A DNA stretch of 64,000 nt, taken from contig JAYTOU010000066.1 of assembly GCA_043747615.1 (NCBI GenBank), positions 25,336 to 89,335 on the forward strand, in the 5' to 3' direction. Of the stretch, positions 21,049 to 32,548 are shown piece by piece (the stretch's first letter is position 1; each line of letters opens with the position of its first letter). Source of the stretch: Myxococcales bacterium. GTDB lineage: Bacteria > Myxococcota_A > Polyangia > Polyangiales > Polyangiaceae. The notes below the pieces were generated by a model. The model saw only the letters and a list, made by a program, of their open reading frames with translations. It made no database searches and was not told the DNA's origin. The position numbers and the translations under genes were made by a program.

Positions 21049-21540
21049 TCAGTTACTCGAGTGCTCGATGTACCAGGAGCCGTTGATGCGGCCGTAGTTG
21101 AGCGCGAAGGTAGCCGGCCTGCCGTGATCGGTGTCTCGCACGAGGGGTGACTTCGAGCCATTCGAGACCCAGAGGATCCCTTTCGAGGTTCCCGACGTGG
21201 CGATTCCATCACGGAAAATGGCTATTTCTACGTCTCCGCTGGGGCGGATGGCCACTTGGTGCGCGCCGACGACGTGGAGCAGATCGCGGTAGTGATTCTA
21301 GCGAAGTGCGCCGAGCCCGGTGCTCGCCAGCATCCCGGCTTCGTCGACGTTCGCGGCTCCGCCGCACGTCCAGGCGCCGCCATCGGTCCAGCAGTTTCCG
21401 ACGTGGTCTTCACCGACGACGGCGATGACCGCGTCTGCGGTGATCATCGCGCGGAGCTCGTCGAACGCGGGGGCTTGGCGTGCGTGGAGGTTGCGGAGCT
21501 CGCGAAGACCGGCGTCGAGGCTGAAAATGTACGAAAAAGT
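21049..21540 (-). pseudogene. Degraded hypothetical gene with in-frame TAG and no clear start
   Basis: One frame reads ...LRELRNLHARQAPAFDELRAMI...GALR*NHYRDLL...SGTSKGILW...YGRINGSWYIEHSSN*; TAG at 21298-21300; 5' limit approximate. Confidence 0.55.
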
Positions 21541-21701
21541 AAGCTCGTGATGCGTTCCCCGGTATCTACGCCCGCGACCGTCCGCCCCTTCCCGCGACTT
21601 TTTTTCTGGGGCTACGTGGCGTAACGTTTAACGCGCGACACGACCTCGCGAAGGTCGGCTAGGCTCGCGAGTCCCCCTGAATTCCCCCGGAGAAGCCGCA
21701 C

Positions 21702-23676
21702 ATGAGTGACGGGATCGAGTCACGCCTCAAGGAAGAGCGCCGGTTCGTACCGAGCGCGGAGTTCACCGCCCACGCCCGCGTCAAATCGCACGCTGAGTAC
21801 GAGGCACTGCACGCTCGCTCGCTCGATTCGCCGGAGGAGTTCTGGCGCGAACAAACGGGCGATCTCGTGTGGCGAACGCCCCCCAAGAAATTTCTGGAGT
21901 GGGAGCTTCCCAAGGCAAAGTTCTTCGAGGGTGCGACCCTCAACATCACGGAGAGCTGCCTCGATCGTCACCTCGCGACGTCGACGCGCACCCGGGCAGC
22001 GATCGTCTGGGAGGGGGAGCCGGGGGAGACGCGCACCCTCACGTATTTCGAGCTCCATCGCGAGGTCGTACGCATGACCGCCGCCCTGGCAACGCTCGGG
22101 GTCGTCGCCGGGGATCGCGTCGCGATCTACATGGGGATGGTGCCGGAGACGGCGATCGCCATGCTGGCCTGCGCGCGCCTCGGTGCACCGCACTCGGTGA
22201 TTTTCGGGGGATTCAGCGCCGATGCTCTGCGCGACCGGGTGAACGATCTCGGCGCGAAGATCCTCATCACCCAGGACGCCGCCTACCGCCGAGGCAACCT
22301 CGTTCCGTTGAAGAAGATGGCGGACGAAGCGGTCGCGCAGGCGCCTTCGATCGAAAAGGTGATCGTCTTTCGTCGCCTCGGAGCGCACGTCATGCCGGTT
22401 CACATGCAAGAGGGGCGCGACATCTGGTGGGACGATCTGCTCGAGCGCAAACCGATCGACGCGATCTTGAAGTTCGCTAAATCACCGCCGGCATTCGACG
22501 CCGAGCACCCGCTCTTCGTTCTTTATACATCCGGCTCCACAGGGAAGCCGAAGGGCGTGCTTCACACGACGGCGGGCTACCTCGGGCGTGCACGTGAGCG
22601 CCAAACACGTATTCGATCTCAAAGACACGGATCTCTACTGGTGCACGGCGGACGTCGGCTGGGTCACTGGTCACAGCTACATCGTGTACGGACCGCTCTC
22701 CTGCGGCGCGTCGTGCTTGATGTACGAAGGGGCCCCGAACTGGCCGGATCCGGGCCGCTTCTGGAACATCATCGAGAAGCACGGCGTCACGATTCTCTAC
22801 ACTGCGCCGACGGCGATCCGCGCCTTCATCCGCTGGGGAGACGAGTGGCCGCAGAAATCCGATCTCTCGAGTCTCCGTCTCTTGGGCAGCGTCGGCGAGC
22901 CGATCAATCCGGAAGCGTGGACCTGGTATCACCGCGTCGTCGGTGGCGGCCGATGCCCCATCGTCGACACCTGGTGGCAGACAGAGACGGGCTGCATCAT
23001 GCTCACCACGCTCCCGGGCGCGTGCTACTCGAAGCCGGGCGCAACCGGCCTTCCCTTCTTCGGCGTCGACATCGACGTGGTGAAAGATCGCGGCGAGCCG
23101 TGCGGGAAGAACGAAGGCGGCAAGCTCGTGATCAAGCGGCCGTGGCCGTCGATGGCGCGCACCCTATGGGGCGACGACGACCGCTATCTTCAAGCGTATT
23201 GGAACGTGATGGAGGGCGTGTACTTCACCGGTGACGGCGCTCGCCGCGACGAAGACGGCTACTTCTGGGTGGTCGGTCGCATCGACGACGTCCTCAACGT
23301 CGCCGGTCACCGCATCGGCACAGCGGAGATCGAGAGCGCGCTCGTCAGTCATCCGATGGTCGCGGAGGCCGCGGCGGTCGGAAAACCAGATGAGCTCAAG
23401 GGCCAGGCGCTCGTCGTCTTCGTCACTTTGAAGGGCAATCAAAAAGCCGACGCCACCACCAAGGCAAAGCTCACCGAGCACATCGAAAAAGAGATCGGAA
23501 AGTTCGCGCGCCCCGATCAGATTCGTTTCGCCGACTCGCTTCCGAAGACGCGCAGCGGAAAAATCATGCGCCGCCTCCTGAAGGAAATTGCGTCGGGCTC
23601 ACTCGAGACCAAGGGCGACACCTCCACCCTCGAAGACCTCAGCGTCCTCGCAAAGCTTCGCGCCGACGAGGAATGA
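21702..23676 (+). pseudogene. acs: Acetyl-CoA synthetase, frameshifted near 22583-22588 (real lesion or assembly error)
   Basis: N-half ([18 protein letters not shown]) in one frame; C-half ([31 protein letters not shown]) in another. Confidence 0.9.
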
Positions 23677-23680
23677 TTCA

Positions 23681-23853
23681 TCAATAAAAAGCCCCTCTCG
23701 TGCATCTTGGGAAACGGCGCGCCTTCAGGGCGGAGCGGTCAATGGACACGCACCGCGCTACGCACCGCCTCGGGGGATCGACGCACGAGAGAGGGGTTCA
23801 CTCCGAAGTACCTTATTGGTCTCGCTCCTTTCTGGCTCAACCGCATCGAGCCG
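23681..23853. ncRNA. Candidate structured non-coding RNA / long imperfect inverted repeat
   Basis: 23690-23703 pairs with 23783-23798; nested stems 23715-23721/23761-23767 and 23730-23740/23745-23756; extra hairpin 23834-23852; U-tract after the stem on the minus strand. Confidence 0.45.
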
Positions 23854-23943
23854 CTCTGGGTATGAGACAGCCGAGCCTCGAACTTCATTCCGCGCGGTCC
23901 ACGGTTGCGTACACGCGCGCCCATCTCTACGTTGCAGTCCGAC

Positions 23944-24561
23944 ATGACGAAAAAAGCGACGTTTTCCGGGGTTGCCATGGCGCTTCTGGCCATGGTTTTC
24001 GCATTCCTTTCGTTTGGCGCGCAGGGCTGCCAAAAATATGATCAGCTGATCGAGGCCGATCAGCAGGCAGATGCAAAGTGGGCCGACGTCGAAGCTCAGC
24101 TGCAGCGCCGCTACGATCTCGTTCCCAACCTCGTCGCCACGGTAAAGGGCTCCGCCAAGCACGAGGAAGACACCTTGCAAAAGGTGGCCGAGGCGCGCGC
24201 CTCCGCGACGAGCATCAAGCTCTCCGCCGAAGACCTCCAGGACCCGGCAAAAATGGCTGCCTTTCAGAAGGCCCAGGACAACCTGAAGGGCTCTCTCTCG
24301 CGCTTGATGATGGTCCAGGAGCAGTATCCCGACCTCAAAGCCAACGCGGCGTTCCACGATCTGCAGGTGCAGCTCGAGGGCACCGAGAACCGTATCTTGC
24401 GGTCACGCGAGCAGTACAACGACGCAGTCCGCGCCTACAACTCGGAGCTCGGGAAGATCAGCGGCGCCGCGGTGAATCGCGTGACCGGCAAGACCTTCAA
24501 GCCGCGGGTGTATTTCCAGGCGACCGCGGGGTCGGAGGTTGCACCCAAAGTTTCGCTCTGA
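23944..24561 (+). CDS. lemA: LemA family lipoprotein
   Basis: QGC lipobox, QLQRRYDLVPNLVATVKG, EQYPDLKAN, LEGTENRI. Confidence 0.95.
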   Translation: MTKKATFSGVAMALLAMVFAFLSFGAQGCQKYDQLIEADQQADAKWADVEAQLQRRYDLVPNLVATVKGSAKHEEDTLQKVAEARASATSIKLSAEDLQDPAKMAAFQKAQDNLKGSLSRLMMVQEQYPDLKANAAFHDLQVQLEGTENRILRSREQYNDAVRAYNSELGKISGAAVNRVTGKTFKPRVYFQATAGSEVAPKVSL

Positions 24562-24564
24562 CCG

Positions 24565-25356
24565 ATGACGCACGGCCGCGCACTCCTTCGAGCGCTCGCC
24601 CTCCTCGGCGGGCTTGTCGTCTTCCTGTTCGGACGGGCTGCGTTTGCGTTCACGCCGCCGCCGATGGACGTCGGTCCCGACGGCTTCACGCTGCCGGTTA
24701 CCGACACGGCCGGGAAGCTGACAGAGTCGGATCGAGCTTTTCTCAACGACAAGATCGCGCGCTACAAAGCTCAGAGCCACAACGAGATCACCGTCTTCGT
24801 CACGAAATCCCTCGACGGCGAAGACATTGCGGATGTGGCGTACGCGGTGGTTCGCGCCTGGAAATTGGCCCCCAAGGGCTCGGACGCAGGCGTCCTTCTC
24901 GTCATCGCTCCGAACGAACGCAAAGTTCGAATCGAGACGGCGAAGGGTGTCGGCGGGCAGCTCACCGACCTTCAGGCGAACGACATCATTCGCTCGCGCA
25001 TCTCCCCGCACCTAAAAGAGGATCGCTTTCGTGAAGCGATCTCGGACGGCGTGGACGGCATCACCGCTTCGCTCGGCGGGGGCGATCCGACAGCTCCTCA
25101 GGAGCCTTCGACGCAGCCGGCTCGCGTTCAATCCATTTCCGGTTGCGCTTCGTTCGTCCTGCCCATAATCGTCCTCATCATCATCCTCCTCATCGTTCGG
25201 CGGCGCGGCGGAGGGGGCGGAGGAGGCTTCTTCATGGGTGGCGGAGGCTTCGGCGGTGGCTTTGGCGGCGGCGGCTCGGGTGGCGGCGGGGGCGGCGGAG
25301 ACTGGGGCGGCGGCGGCGGCGATTGGGGCGGCGGCGGCTCGAGCGATAGTTACTAA
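24565..25356 (+). CDS. TPM-domain protein with Gly-rich tail
   Basis: VTDTAGKL, GVLLVIAPNERKVRIET, TM helix, GGGG..GGGGSS tail; usual lemA neighbour. Confidence 0.92.
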   Translation: MTHGRALLRALALLGGLVVFLFGRAAFAFTPPPMDVGPDGFTLPVTDTAGKLTESDRAFLNDKIARYKAQSHNEITVFVTKSLDGEDIADVAYAVVRAWKLAPKGSDAGVLLVIAPNERKVRIETAKGVGGQLTDLQANDIIRSRISPHLKEDRFREAISDGVDGITASLGGGDPTAPQEPSTQPARVQSISGCASFVLPIIVLIIILLIVRRRGGGGGGGFFMGGGGFGGGFGGGGSGGGGGGGDWGGGGGDWGGGGSSDSY

Positions 25357-25390
25357 ATCATTCACACCGCTGCGACGACTGCCGGGCCGC

Positions 25391-25630
25391 CTAATCGTTC
25401 GGCTCGAAGCGGGGATCGTTCGTAAGGTCGGCGACCACGACCTCGCGCTCCACTTTGCCCTTCTTCGCCGTGGGCTGAGCGTCGATTGGACCGCTGTCAT
25501 CCTTGCGCGTGCGGCTACGATCCGTCGGCCGGATGGTCGGGGCCTCGTACCTTTTTCGGACGCGCTGAGAGTGAGCGGGGGGCATCGACGAGACTGCCGG
25601 GATCTTCACTGTGGGTTTCGCGCTCATCAC
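25391..25630 (-). CDS. Small hydrophilic hypothetical protein
   Basis: 79-aa ORF ending VVVADLTNDPRFEPND; fills an otherwise empty gap but overlaps the upstream gene tail. Confidence 0.45.
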   Translation of the reverse strand: MMSAKPTVKIPAVSSMPPAHSQRVRKRYEAPTIRPTDRSRTRKDDSGPIDAQPTAKKGKVEREVVVADLTNDPRFEPND

Positions 25631-27422
25631 GTACAGACGGTCGGCTCAGCCGTGCGATAAGGGCGAAGAGCACCACCACGGCGAATCCTTCGATCGGAGA
25701 CCGCTCCGTTCGCGGCGAGGCAATGCAACCGGCGCACCCGCGAGAACGCTTCTGGGACGTTTTTCCCTCGATGATGTCCGCGAGATCCCGCCGGGCCACG
25801 AGCCACGCCGCACCCCGTTCGGGCCACGCGACGCGTTCGCCGGCAACGGCGAGGGCACGGGGAATCATGCGGGCCACGATCGCGTCCGCTGCGTCGGCGT
25901 CTGTCTGGCGTGCGAGGGCAATGTAGGCAGCATCCTCGATTCCGCGACGTACGTTCTTCAATCGCACCGAAGCGAGCACCTCCGCCATCCGCTCGTCATG
26001 CATGCCGGGCGTCGTTTGCGTCCCCGGGTAGACGAGAATTCCGTCACCGTTTGCGTAGTCGCCGTCCTGGTTGTGGAAGGTCTCGGCGACCTCGAAGGGA
26101 TCGAATCCGCGAACGCCGCCCTTGCCGCCTTTGTTGTCGTCGAGCCAGAAAGTCGACTCCCAGTAGAACCAGCGAGGGACTTTGTAGCGCGCCGAAATCC
26201 AGCCGTTTGCTCGGAGATCCGTGGCCGGTACGTCGAGCATCATCGGTCCCGCGCTGGGCCGAATGCCGTTGTAGACCCAGATCCATTTTCCGTCGGCGGC
26301 GGCCGGCGCGACCTCCTTTGGATGGAACGCATCGCTGGTCATCATGACGAGATCCGCCCCCTGCCCGGACGGCGGATCGCTGCACGTGACTCCCACCCGA
26401 ACGCCGCGCGCACGCGGCTCTTCGCGGAGAGCCTTCAGCCACTCTCGACCGCGGGGGCTCGCGCACTTCTCGTCGACGGCGTAGACGAACGACTGCGTTC
26501 GCTCGAAGATGCCGCGCTCGCGGAGATGGTCGGCGATCGACCGGACCGCGTTCACGCTCTCTTTATTTGGATCGCCGAACGCGCCGTACGCACCAAGCGC
26601 AACGACGCCTTCGCCGACACCGAGGCCGGGCCCTTCGTAGCCTTTTTCCCCTGTAAAAAGCGCTCCCGATAGCGCCTCGTCGTCGAGCGTCATCGCGGAC
26701 GTGCTCGTGATCTCGTGGATCGCGCTCACGCGATGGGCGTGAAACATCTGTCGGAGTGAGCGCTCGGCGCGGCGATCGCCCATGCGTTTCTCGAGCGTCA
26801 AGGGATCGTAGTAGACCATCGTTGCCGCGCCGGGATACGGCAGCGCACGATCGATCACGCGGAGGCGCACCGTGCGCGTGGCAACGAGCTCGTCATCGAC
26901 CAGGAGCGTGAGGGGCGCGACGTACGTCCCTGCGGCTGCGTCCGGCGGGATCGTGATGTCGACCCACACCGCGGCCCGCTCGTTGGGGCCGGCGGAGGCA
27001 TTCCCGGGGACGAGTGGGTCGGCGAAGAACCCCAGAAACGCGTCGCGTGCGGGGGCTGATTGAGCCGTAAACGCAAGCGATCCTGCTTCGTGCTCATTTC
27101 CGCTTGGACGCTTGATCTCGATGAAACGCTCCGCGAAGAGCTCGACCCGCGCGCGCGAATTCCCCAGCGGGCCGAGCGCTGCGTACACCGATCTCATCGC
27201 GCGCGCGGCGGGCTCGACCACCACTTGAATGGCCACGGTCTCGTCCCTCATAGCGAAGAGCTCGACGTCGACCGGCTCGGGCCAGGGGCTCGGCGGCAGG
27301 GCGCGTGCGGGATCTCGCGCTAGTTTTTCTCCATCGTCGAGGATCGTGACCCGCGACGCGCGCGCGAGGCCAGCCGACAAAAATAGGGCAACGATGCCCG
27401 CTGCGATGACGACGGGTCTCAC
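25515..27422 (-). CDS. Exported DUF4091/GH123-like protein with MYXO-CTERM-like anchor
   Basis: Signal peptide from GTG 27422; YAVDE, NGDGILVYPG, SVRLKNVRRGIED; tail RGCAGC + hydrophobic helix + Arg. Confidence 0.75.
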   Translation of the reverse strand: MRPVVIAAGIVALFLSAGLARASRVTILDDGEKLARDPARALPPSPWPEPVDVELFAMRDETVAIQVVVEPAARAMRSVYAALGPLGNSRARVELFAERFIEIKRPSGNEHEAGSLAFTAQSAPARDAFLGFFADPLVPGNASAGPNERAAVWVDITIPPDAAAGTYVAPLTLLVDDELVATRTVRLRVIDRALPYPGAATMVYYDPLTLEKRMGDRRAERSLRQMFHAHRVSAIHEITSTSAMTLDDEALSGALFTGEKGYEGPGLGVGEGVVALGAYGAFGDPNKESVNAVRSIADHLRERGIFERTQSFVYAVDEKCASPRGREWLKALREEPRARGVRVGVTCSDPPSGQGADLVMMTSDAFHPKEVAPAAADGKWIWVYNGIRPSAGPMMLDVPATDLRANGWISARYKVPRWFYWESTFWLDDNKGGKGGVRGFDPFEVAETFHNQDGDYANGDGILVYPGTQTTPGMHDERMAEVLASVRLKNVRRGIEDAAYIALARQTDADAADAIVARMIPRALAVAGERVAWPERGAAWLVARRDLADIIEGKTSQKRSRGCAGCIASPRTERSPIEGFAVVVLFALIARLSRPSVRDERETHSEDPGSLVDAPRSLSARPKKVRGPDHPADGS

Positions 27423-28417
27423 CGAAGCAGCCTGAGAAGCTCCGGGGCGAGCGCGTCCTCGGCGGGCGCGTTCAGGAGGAGCGGAGACATCGACGCGCTC
27501 GACAGCGTGTGCCAGTAGAGGATCGTCCTCGCCTGACCGGCGGCAACGAGATCGAGCGCGGCGGCAAACGCCTTCGCCGTGTAGGTCGGATCGAGGGTGA
27601 GCCCTACCGAGGACGCCACGTCGATCGCGCGCTCGCCCCACGGCGTTTGGTGTCCATACCCCGCTCCGATGTAGCCCTGGTCGATCACGAGGCGCCCCGG
27701 GGGAAGATCGCGCACCGGTCCGTCGCTCCGTTCGAGGCAGCGCCAAGCAATGATGCGCGCGGTGAGCGCGATGGCCCACGGGGGATCCGTTACGCACACC
27801 GCGATCACCCTTGTTTTCAGGCCTGCGAGCGCAAGACCGGCGGCGAGCCCACCCGCGGTCCCCCCCGATCCGAGCGTCACCACGGCGACATCGGGCTCTG
27901 GCATTTCTCCGCGCCGAACTTGAGCGGCGAGCTCACGCCCCGCCTCCACATAGCCCATCGCGCCGGTGACGCTCGATCCGCCGACCGGAACGTAGTACGC
28001 GCCGCGCGCCATGCGACCGGCGATGGCCCAGGCAGCCGCCGCGTACGAGCCAACGGGATACGGGTGAAGGTGGTAGGCGAGATCCGCGCGCACATTCTGG
28101 ACGACGTGCGGAGTGCGCGGCTGCGGGACGAGGACCGCTTCCACCTCGAAGCCCGCTTGCGCCCCGAAGATCGCCGTCGCGAGGACGTGATGACTCCCCA
28201 CCGCCCCCACGGTCACCAGGCGTGAAGCCCCCTTCTTTCGCGCTTCCACGAGGATTCGCTCCAGCTTGCGAACCTTGTTTCCGCCGTAAAGGGGGTGGGT
28301 CAGGTCGTCGCGCTTCACCCAAAGGGCGGATCCCGGGCGGCTCAGCTGCTTGAGGGGCTCGAGCGGAGTCGGATAAGTGCCGACGAGAATGGAGGGGGTC
28401 GCAGTCTTTGGATCCAC
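27419..28417 (-). CDS. D-cysteine desulfhydrase / ACC deaminase family PLP enzyme
   Basis: PTPLE, VKRDD, YGGNKVRKLE, GSGGTAGGL, LDPTYTAKA. Confidence 0.92.
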   Translation of the reverse strand: MDPKTATPSILVGTYPTPLEPLKQLSRPGSALWVKRDDLTHPLYGGNKVRKLERILVEARKKGASRLVTVGAVGSHHVLATAIFGAQAGFEVEAVLVPQPRTPHVVQNVRADLAYHLHPYPVGSYAAAAWAIAGRMARGAYYVPVGGSSVTGAMGYVEAGRELAAQVRRGEMPEPDVAVVTLGSGGTAGGLAAGLALAGLKTRVIAVCVTDPPWAIALTARIIAWRCLERSDGPVRDLPPGRLVIDQGYIGAGYGHQTPWGERAIDVASSVGLTLDPTYTAKAFAAALDLVAAGQARTILYWHTLSSASMSPLLLNAPAEDALAPELLRLLR

Positions 28418-28442
28418 GAAACCTTGCCGAAACGGAACGTAA

Positions 28443-28823
<381 letters not shown>

Positions 28824-28838
28824 AAGAGGATGGAAGCC

Positions 28839-30254
28839 ATGAAACCGAAGGACGTGATTGATCTCGCGAAGAAGCACGACGTGAAGTTCGTCGACCTCAA
28901 ATTCATCGATCTGCCCGGGGTCTGGCAGCACACGACCATCCCGGTCCAGCGCCTCGATGACACGCTCTTCGAAGACGGCATTGGCTTCGACGGATCCTCG
29001 ATCCGCGGATGGCAGCCGATCAACGCGTCGGACATGCTCATCATCCCCGACGCCGAGTCCGCCAAGATCGATCCGTTCTACGCCCATTCCACCGTCAGCC
29101 TCGTATGCTCGGTCTACGATCCGATCACCAAGCAGGCTTACTCGCGCGACCCGCGGCACATCGCAAAAAAAGCGGAGGCGTACCTCCGTCAGACCGGGAT
29201 CGCCGACACCTGCTTCATGGGTCCCGAAGCAGAATTCTTCATCTTCGACGACGTGCGATTCGATCACTCGAAGCCTAACGAAGGCTTTTATTACCTCGAT
29301 AGCGTCGAGGGCGCGTGGAACAGCGGGCGCGAAGAGTTCCCGAATCTTGGCTACAAAACCCGCCATAAAGAAGGCTATTTCCCGTGTCCTCCCACGGACA
29401 CCCTCGCCAACATCCGCGCCGAGATGATGCTCGCTCTCATGGAGAGCGGTATCGAGATCGAGGTCGGTCACCACGAAGTCGCTTCCGGCGGTCAGTGCGA
29501 AATCGGCATGAAGTTCAATCGCCTCCTCCCCTGCGCCGATCAGCTCATGTGGTTCAAGTACGTCGTCAAGAACGTTGCCCGTCGCAACGGCAAGACGGCG
29601 ACGTTCATGCCGAAGCCGCTCTTCGGTGACAACGGATCGGGGATGCACGTGCACCAGTCGCTCTGGAAAGAGGGCAAGCCCCTCTTCGGAGGAGACGGCT
29701 ACGCCGGCCTCAGCGAGATGGCGCTCCACTACATCGGCGGCATCATCAAGCACGCCAAGTCTCTCGCCGCGCTCACCAACCCGACCACGAACTCCTACCG
29801 GCGGCTCGTGCCCGGCTTCGAAGCGCCCGTGAATTTGGCGTATTCCAGCCGCAATCGCTCGGCGTCGGTGCGCATTCCGATCACCGGCCCGTCCCCGAAG
29901 ACGCGCCGCATCGAAGTTCGTTTCCCGGATCCGAGCTGCAATCCGTACCTCGCCTTCAGCGCCATGATGATGGCCGGGCTCGACGGAATTCAGAATAAGA
30001 TCCACCCGGGCGATCCCATGGACAAGGACATCTACGCCCTTTCGCCCGAGGAGCTGAAGGACATCCCGCACATGCCGGGCAGCCTCGAAGAAGCCCTAGA
30101 TTCGCTCGAGCGCGATCACGAGTTCCTCTTGCGTGGAGACGTGTTCACCAAAGACGCGATCACCGAGTGGGTCGATTACAAGCGGACGAAAGAGCTGAAT
30201 CCGATCCGCATGCGGCCCACGCCTCACGAGTTCGTCCTCTATTATGACATCTGA
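28839..30254 (+). CDS. glnA: Glutamine synthetase type I
   Basis: [41 protein letters not shown], adenylylation-site Tyr in DKDIY. Confidence 0.98.
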   Translation: MKPKDVIDLAKKHDVKFVDLKFIDLPGVWQHTTIPVQRLDDTLFEDGIGFDGSSIRGWQPINASDMLIIPDAESAKIDPFYAHSTVSLVCSVYDPITKQAYSRDPRHIAKKAEAYLRQTGIADTCFMGPEAEFFIFDDVRFDHSKPNEGFYYLDSVEGAWNSGREEFPNLGYKTRHKEGYFPCPPTDTLANIRAEMMLALMESGIEIEVGHHEVASGGQCEIGMKFNRLLPCADQLMWFKYVVKNVARRNGKTATFMPKPLFGDNGSGMHVHQSLWKEGKPLFGGDGYAGLSEMALHYIGGIIKHAKSLAALTNPTTNSYRRLVPGFEAPVNLAYSSRNRSASVRIPITGPSPKTRRIEVRFPDPSCNPYLAFSAMMMAGLDGIQNKIHPGDPMDKDIYALSPEELKDIPHMPGSLEEALDSLERDHEFLLRGDVFTKDAITEWVDYKRTKELNPIRMRPTPHEFVLYYDI

Positions 30255-30255
30255 A

Positions 30256-31443
30256 ATGGACGACTACGATCGCGAATCGGTCGAGCTGCACGCGCGCACT
30301 CACGGGAAGCTCAGTGTGGTCAGCCGCGTGCCGCTCGTCACGCGAAAGGACTTGAGCCTTGCGTACACGCCCGGCGTCGCGCAGGTGTGTCTGGAGATCG
30401 CCAGAGATCCGCGCCTCGCTCATTCCCTCACGCTCAAGCACAACACGGTGGCGGTGGTGAGCGATGGCTCCGCGATCCTGGGCATCGGAAATCTCGGTGC
30501 CATGGCCGCGATTCCGGTGATGGAAGGCAAGGCGGTCCTCTTCAAAGAGTTCGCGGGCGTCGATGCCTTTCCAATTTGTGTCGCCACGCAGGACGCGCAG
30601 GAGATCATCCGCATCGTGCGCGCGATCGCCCCTGTTTTCGGGGGCATCAACCTCGAGGACATCTCGTCGCCGCGCTGCTTCGAAGTCGAAGCGGGTCTTC
30701 AAGACATTGGCATTCCGGTGTTCCATGACGATCAGCACGGCACAGCGGTAGTCGTCGCAGCAGCGCTCTTGAACGCCCTGAAGGTCACCGGGAAGGATCT
30801 TGCGACGTGCCGCGTCGTGTTCAACGGAAGCGGAGCCTCGGCGATCGCGTGCGCGCGCCTCCTCATGTCGTTCGGTGAGCTGGGCATCATGCCCAAGCTG
30901 GGCGACCTCATCATGTGCGACTCGAAGGGGATCGTTCATCTCGGGCGCAACGATCTCAACGGCCACAAGCGCGAGCTCGCCGAGCACGGCAACAAGGAGA
31001 ACCGCACCGGAACGCTCAGCGACGCCTTGGTCGGTGCCGACGTCTTCATCGGTCTGTCGCAGGGGAACCTGGTCGTGCCGGACATGATCCGTTTGATGAA
31101 CAAAGCGCCGATCGTTTTTCCGATGGCCAATCCCACCCCAGAGATCATGCCGGATCTGGCTCTCGCCGCCGGAGCCGCAGTGATCGGAACCGGGCGCAGC
31201 GATTTTCCCAACCAGATAAACAACGTCCTCGCCTTCCCCGGAATTTTTCGAGGCGCGCTCGATGCCGGGGCGATCACCATCAACGCTCAGATGAAAATCG
31301 CGGCCGCGTGCGCGCTCGCCGACTACGTGACGGCGCCATCCACGGATCACATTCTGCCCGATCCGCTCGATCGCAAGGTGGCGTACGTGGTGGCCGAAAG
31401 CGTGGCCGCGGCCGCCAAGCAGTCTGGGGTCTGTCGAGCTTGA
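30256..31443 (+). CDS. NAD(P)-dependent malic enzyme (short form, no PTA domain)
   Basis: [46 protein letters not shown]; alternative start 30244. Confidence 0.95.
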   Translation: MDDYDRESVELHARTHGKLSVVSRVPLVTRKDLSLAYTPGVAQVCLEIARDPRLAHSLTLKHNTVAVVSDGSAILGIGNLGAMAAIPVMEGKAVLFKEFAGVDAFPICVATQDAQEIIRIVRAIAPVFGGINLEDISSPRCFEVEAGLQDIGIPVFHDDQHGTAVVVAAALLNALKVTGKDLATCRVVFNGSGASAIACARLLMSFGELGIMPKLGDLIMCDSKGIVHLGRNDLNGHKRELAEHGNKENRTGTLSDALVGADVFIGLSQGNLVVPDMIRLMNKAPIVFPMANPTPEIMPDLALAAGAAVIGTGRSDFPNQINNVLAFPGIFRGALDAGAITINAQMKIAAACALADYVTAPSTDHILPDPLDRKVAYVVAESVAAAAKQSGVCRA

Positions 31444-32522
31444 GCGACTACCTCAATCTTTTCGAGCTGGAAGCCATCGCCAAGGCGAAGCTCGACGAGG
31501 CGGCATTCGGGTACTATGCGAGTGGAGCGAACGACGAGATATCGCTGCGCGACAACCGGGCGGCGTTCGAGCGGATCAAGCTGTTTTACAGGGTCCTCGT
31601 AGATGTGAGCACGCGCGATCTCGCGACGACGGTCCTCGGGTATCCGGTGTCGATGCCGGTGCTCGTCGCACCGACTGCCTTCCACAAGATGGCTCACCCC
31701 GATGGCGAGGCAGCGACGGCGCGCGCGGCGGGGGCGGCGAAGACCATCATGATGTTGAGCTCGCTTTCGAACACGGACGTCGAAGACGTGGTGCAAGCGG
31801 CGAGCTCGCCGATTTTTTTCCAGCTCTACGTCTACCGCGATCGCAAGGCCACCGAGGCGCTCATCGCCCGGGTAGAAGCCGCTGGGTGCCGCGCCCTCGT
31901 GCTCACCGTCGACGCGCCGCTCCTCGGGCGTCGGGAACGCGACGTGCGAAACCGCTTCTGTCTTCCCGCGGGGCTCTCCGTGAAAAATTTGGTCTCCGAG
32001 GGGTACGGGGACGTTCCAGCCCACACCAACGACTCCGGTTTGGCGGCCTACTTTGCCTCGCTTCTCGACCCCTCGCTCACCTGGAAAGATCTGGCGTGGC
32101 TCCGCTCACTCACCAAGCTTCCGGTGATCGTGAAGGGCATCGTGCGCGCCGACGATGCGCGGCGAGCCGTAGATTGCGGGGCCTCGGCGATCGTCGTCTC
32201 GAACCACGGAGGGCGGCAGCTCGATACGTCGCCGGCCACCATCGACGCCCTTCCCGCGATCGCCGACGCCGTGGGAAAGAGCACCGAGCTCCTTCTGGAT
32301 GGAGGCATCCGGAGGGGCACCGACGTGATCAAGGCCGTTGCCTTGGGCGCGCGAGCGGTGCTCGTGGGGAGGCCCGTTCTGTGGGGTCTTGCGGCAGATG
32401 GCGAGCGCGGTGTCTCGCGAATGCTCGGCATTCTCCGCGAAGAGCTGGACCTCGCGATGGCTCTCCTGGGCGCTTGCCGAATGACGGAGATTGGTCGCGA
32501 TCTTTTAGATGGAAGAGCGTAA
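31440..32522 (+). CDS. FMN-dependent alpha-hydroxy acid oxidase/dehydrogenase
   Basis: [36 protein letters not shown] start overlaps the upstream TGA. Confidence 0.95.
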   Translation: MSDYLNLFELEAIAKAKLDEAAFGYYASGANDEISLRDNRAAFERIKLFYRVLVDVSTRDLATTVLGYPVSMPVLVAPTAFHKMAHPDGEAATARAAGAAKTIMMLSSLSNTDVEDVVQAASSPIFFQLYVYRDRKATEALIARVEAAGCRALVLTVDAPLLGRRERDVRNRFCLPAGLSVKNLVSEGYGDVPAHTNDSGLAAYFASLLDPSLTWKDLAWLRSLTKLPVIVKGIVRADDARRAVDCGASAIVVSNHGGRQLDTSPATIDALPAIADAVGKSTELLLDGGIRRGTDVIKAVALGARAVLVGRPVLWGLAADGERGVSRMLGILREELDLAMALLGACRMTEIGRDLLDGRA

Positions 32523-32548
32523 ATTTAGCTTCCACAAGGAGCTCTCCC

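Noticed and set aside
21298..21300. Pyrrolysine or other recoding at the in-frame TAG
   Set aside because: No pyl genes seen, TAG is a normal stop elsewhere in the window, and the ORF also lacks a start.
22575..22596. Programmed ribosomal frameshift in acs
   Set aside because: No slippery heptamer or homopolymer run.
25200..25345. GGC-rich tandem repeats as a repeat array or CRISPR
   Set aside because: They encode the ordinary Gly-rich tail of TPM proteins; no spacers.
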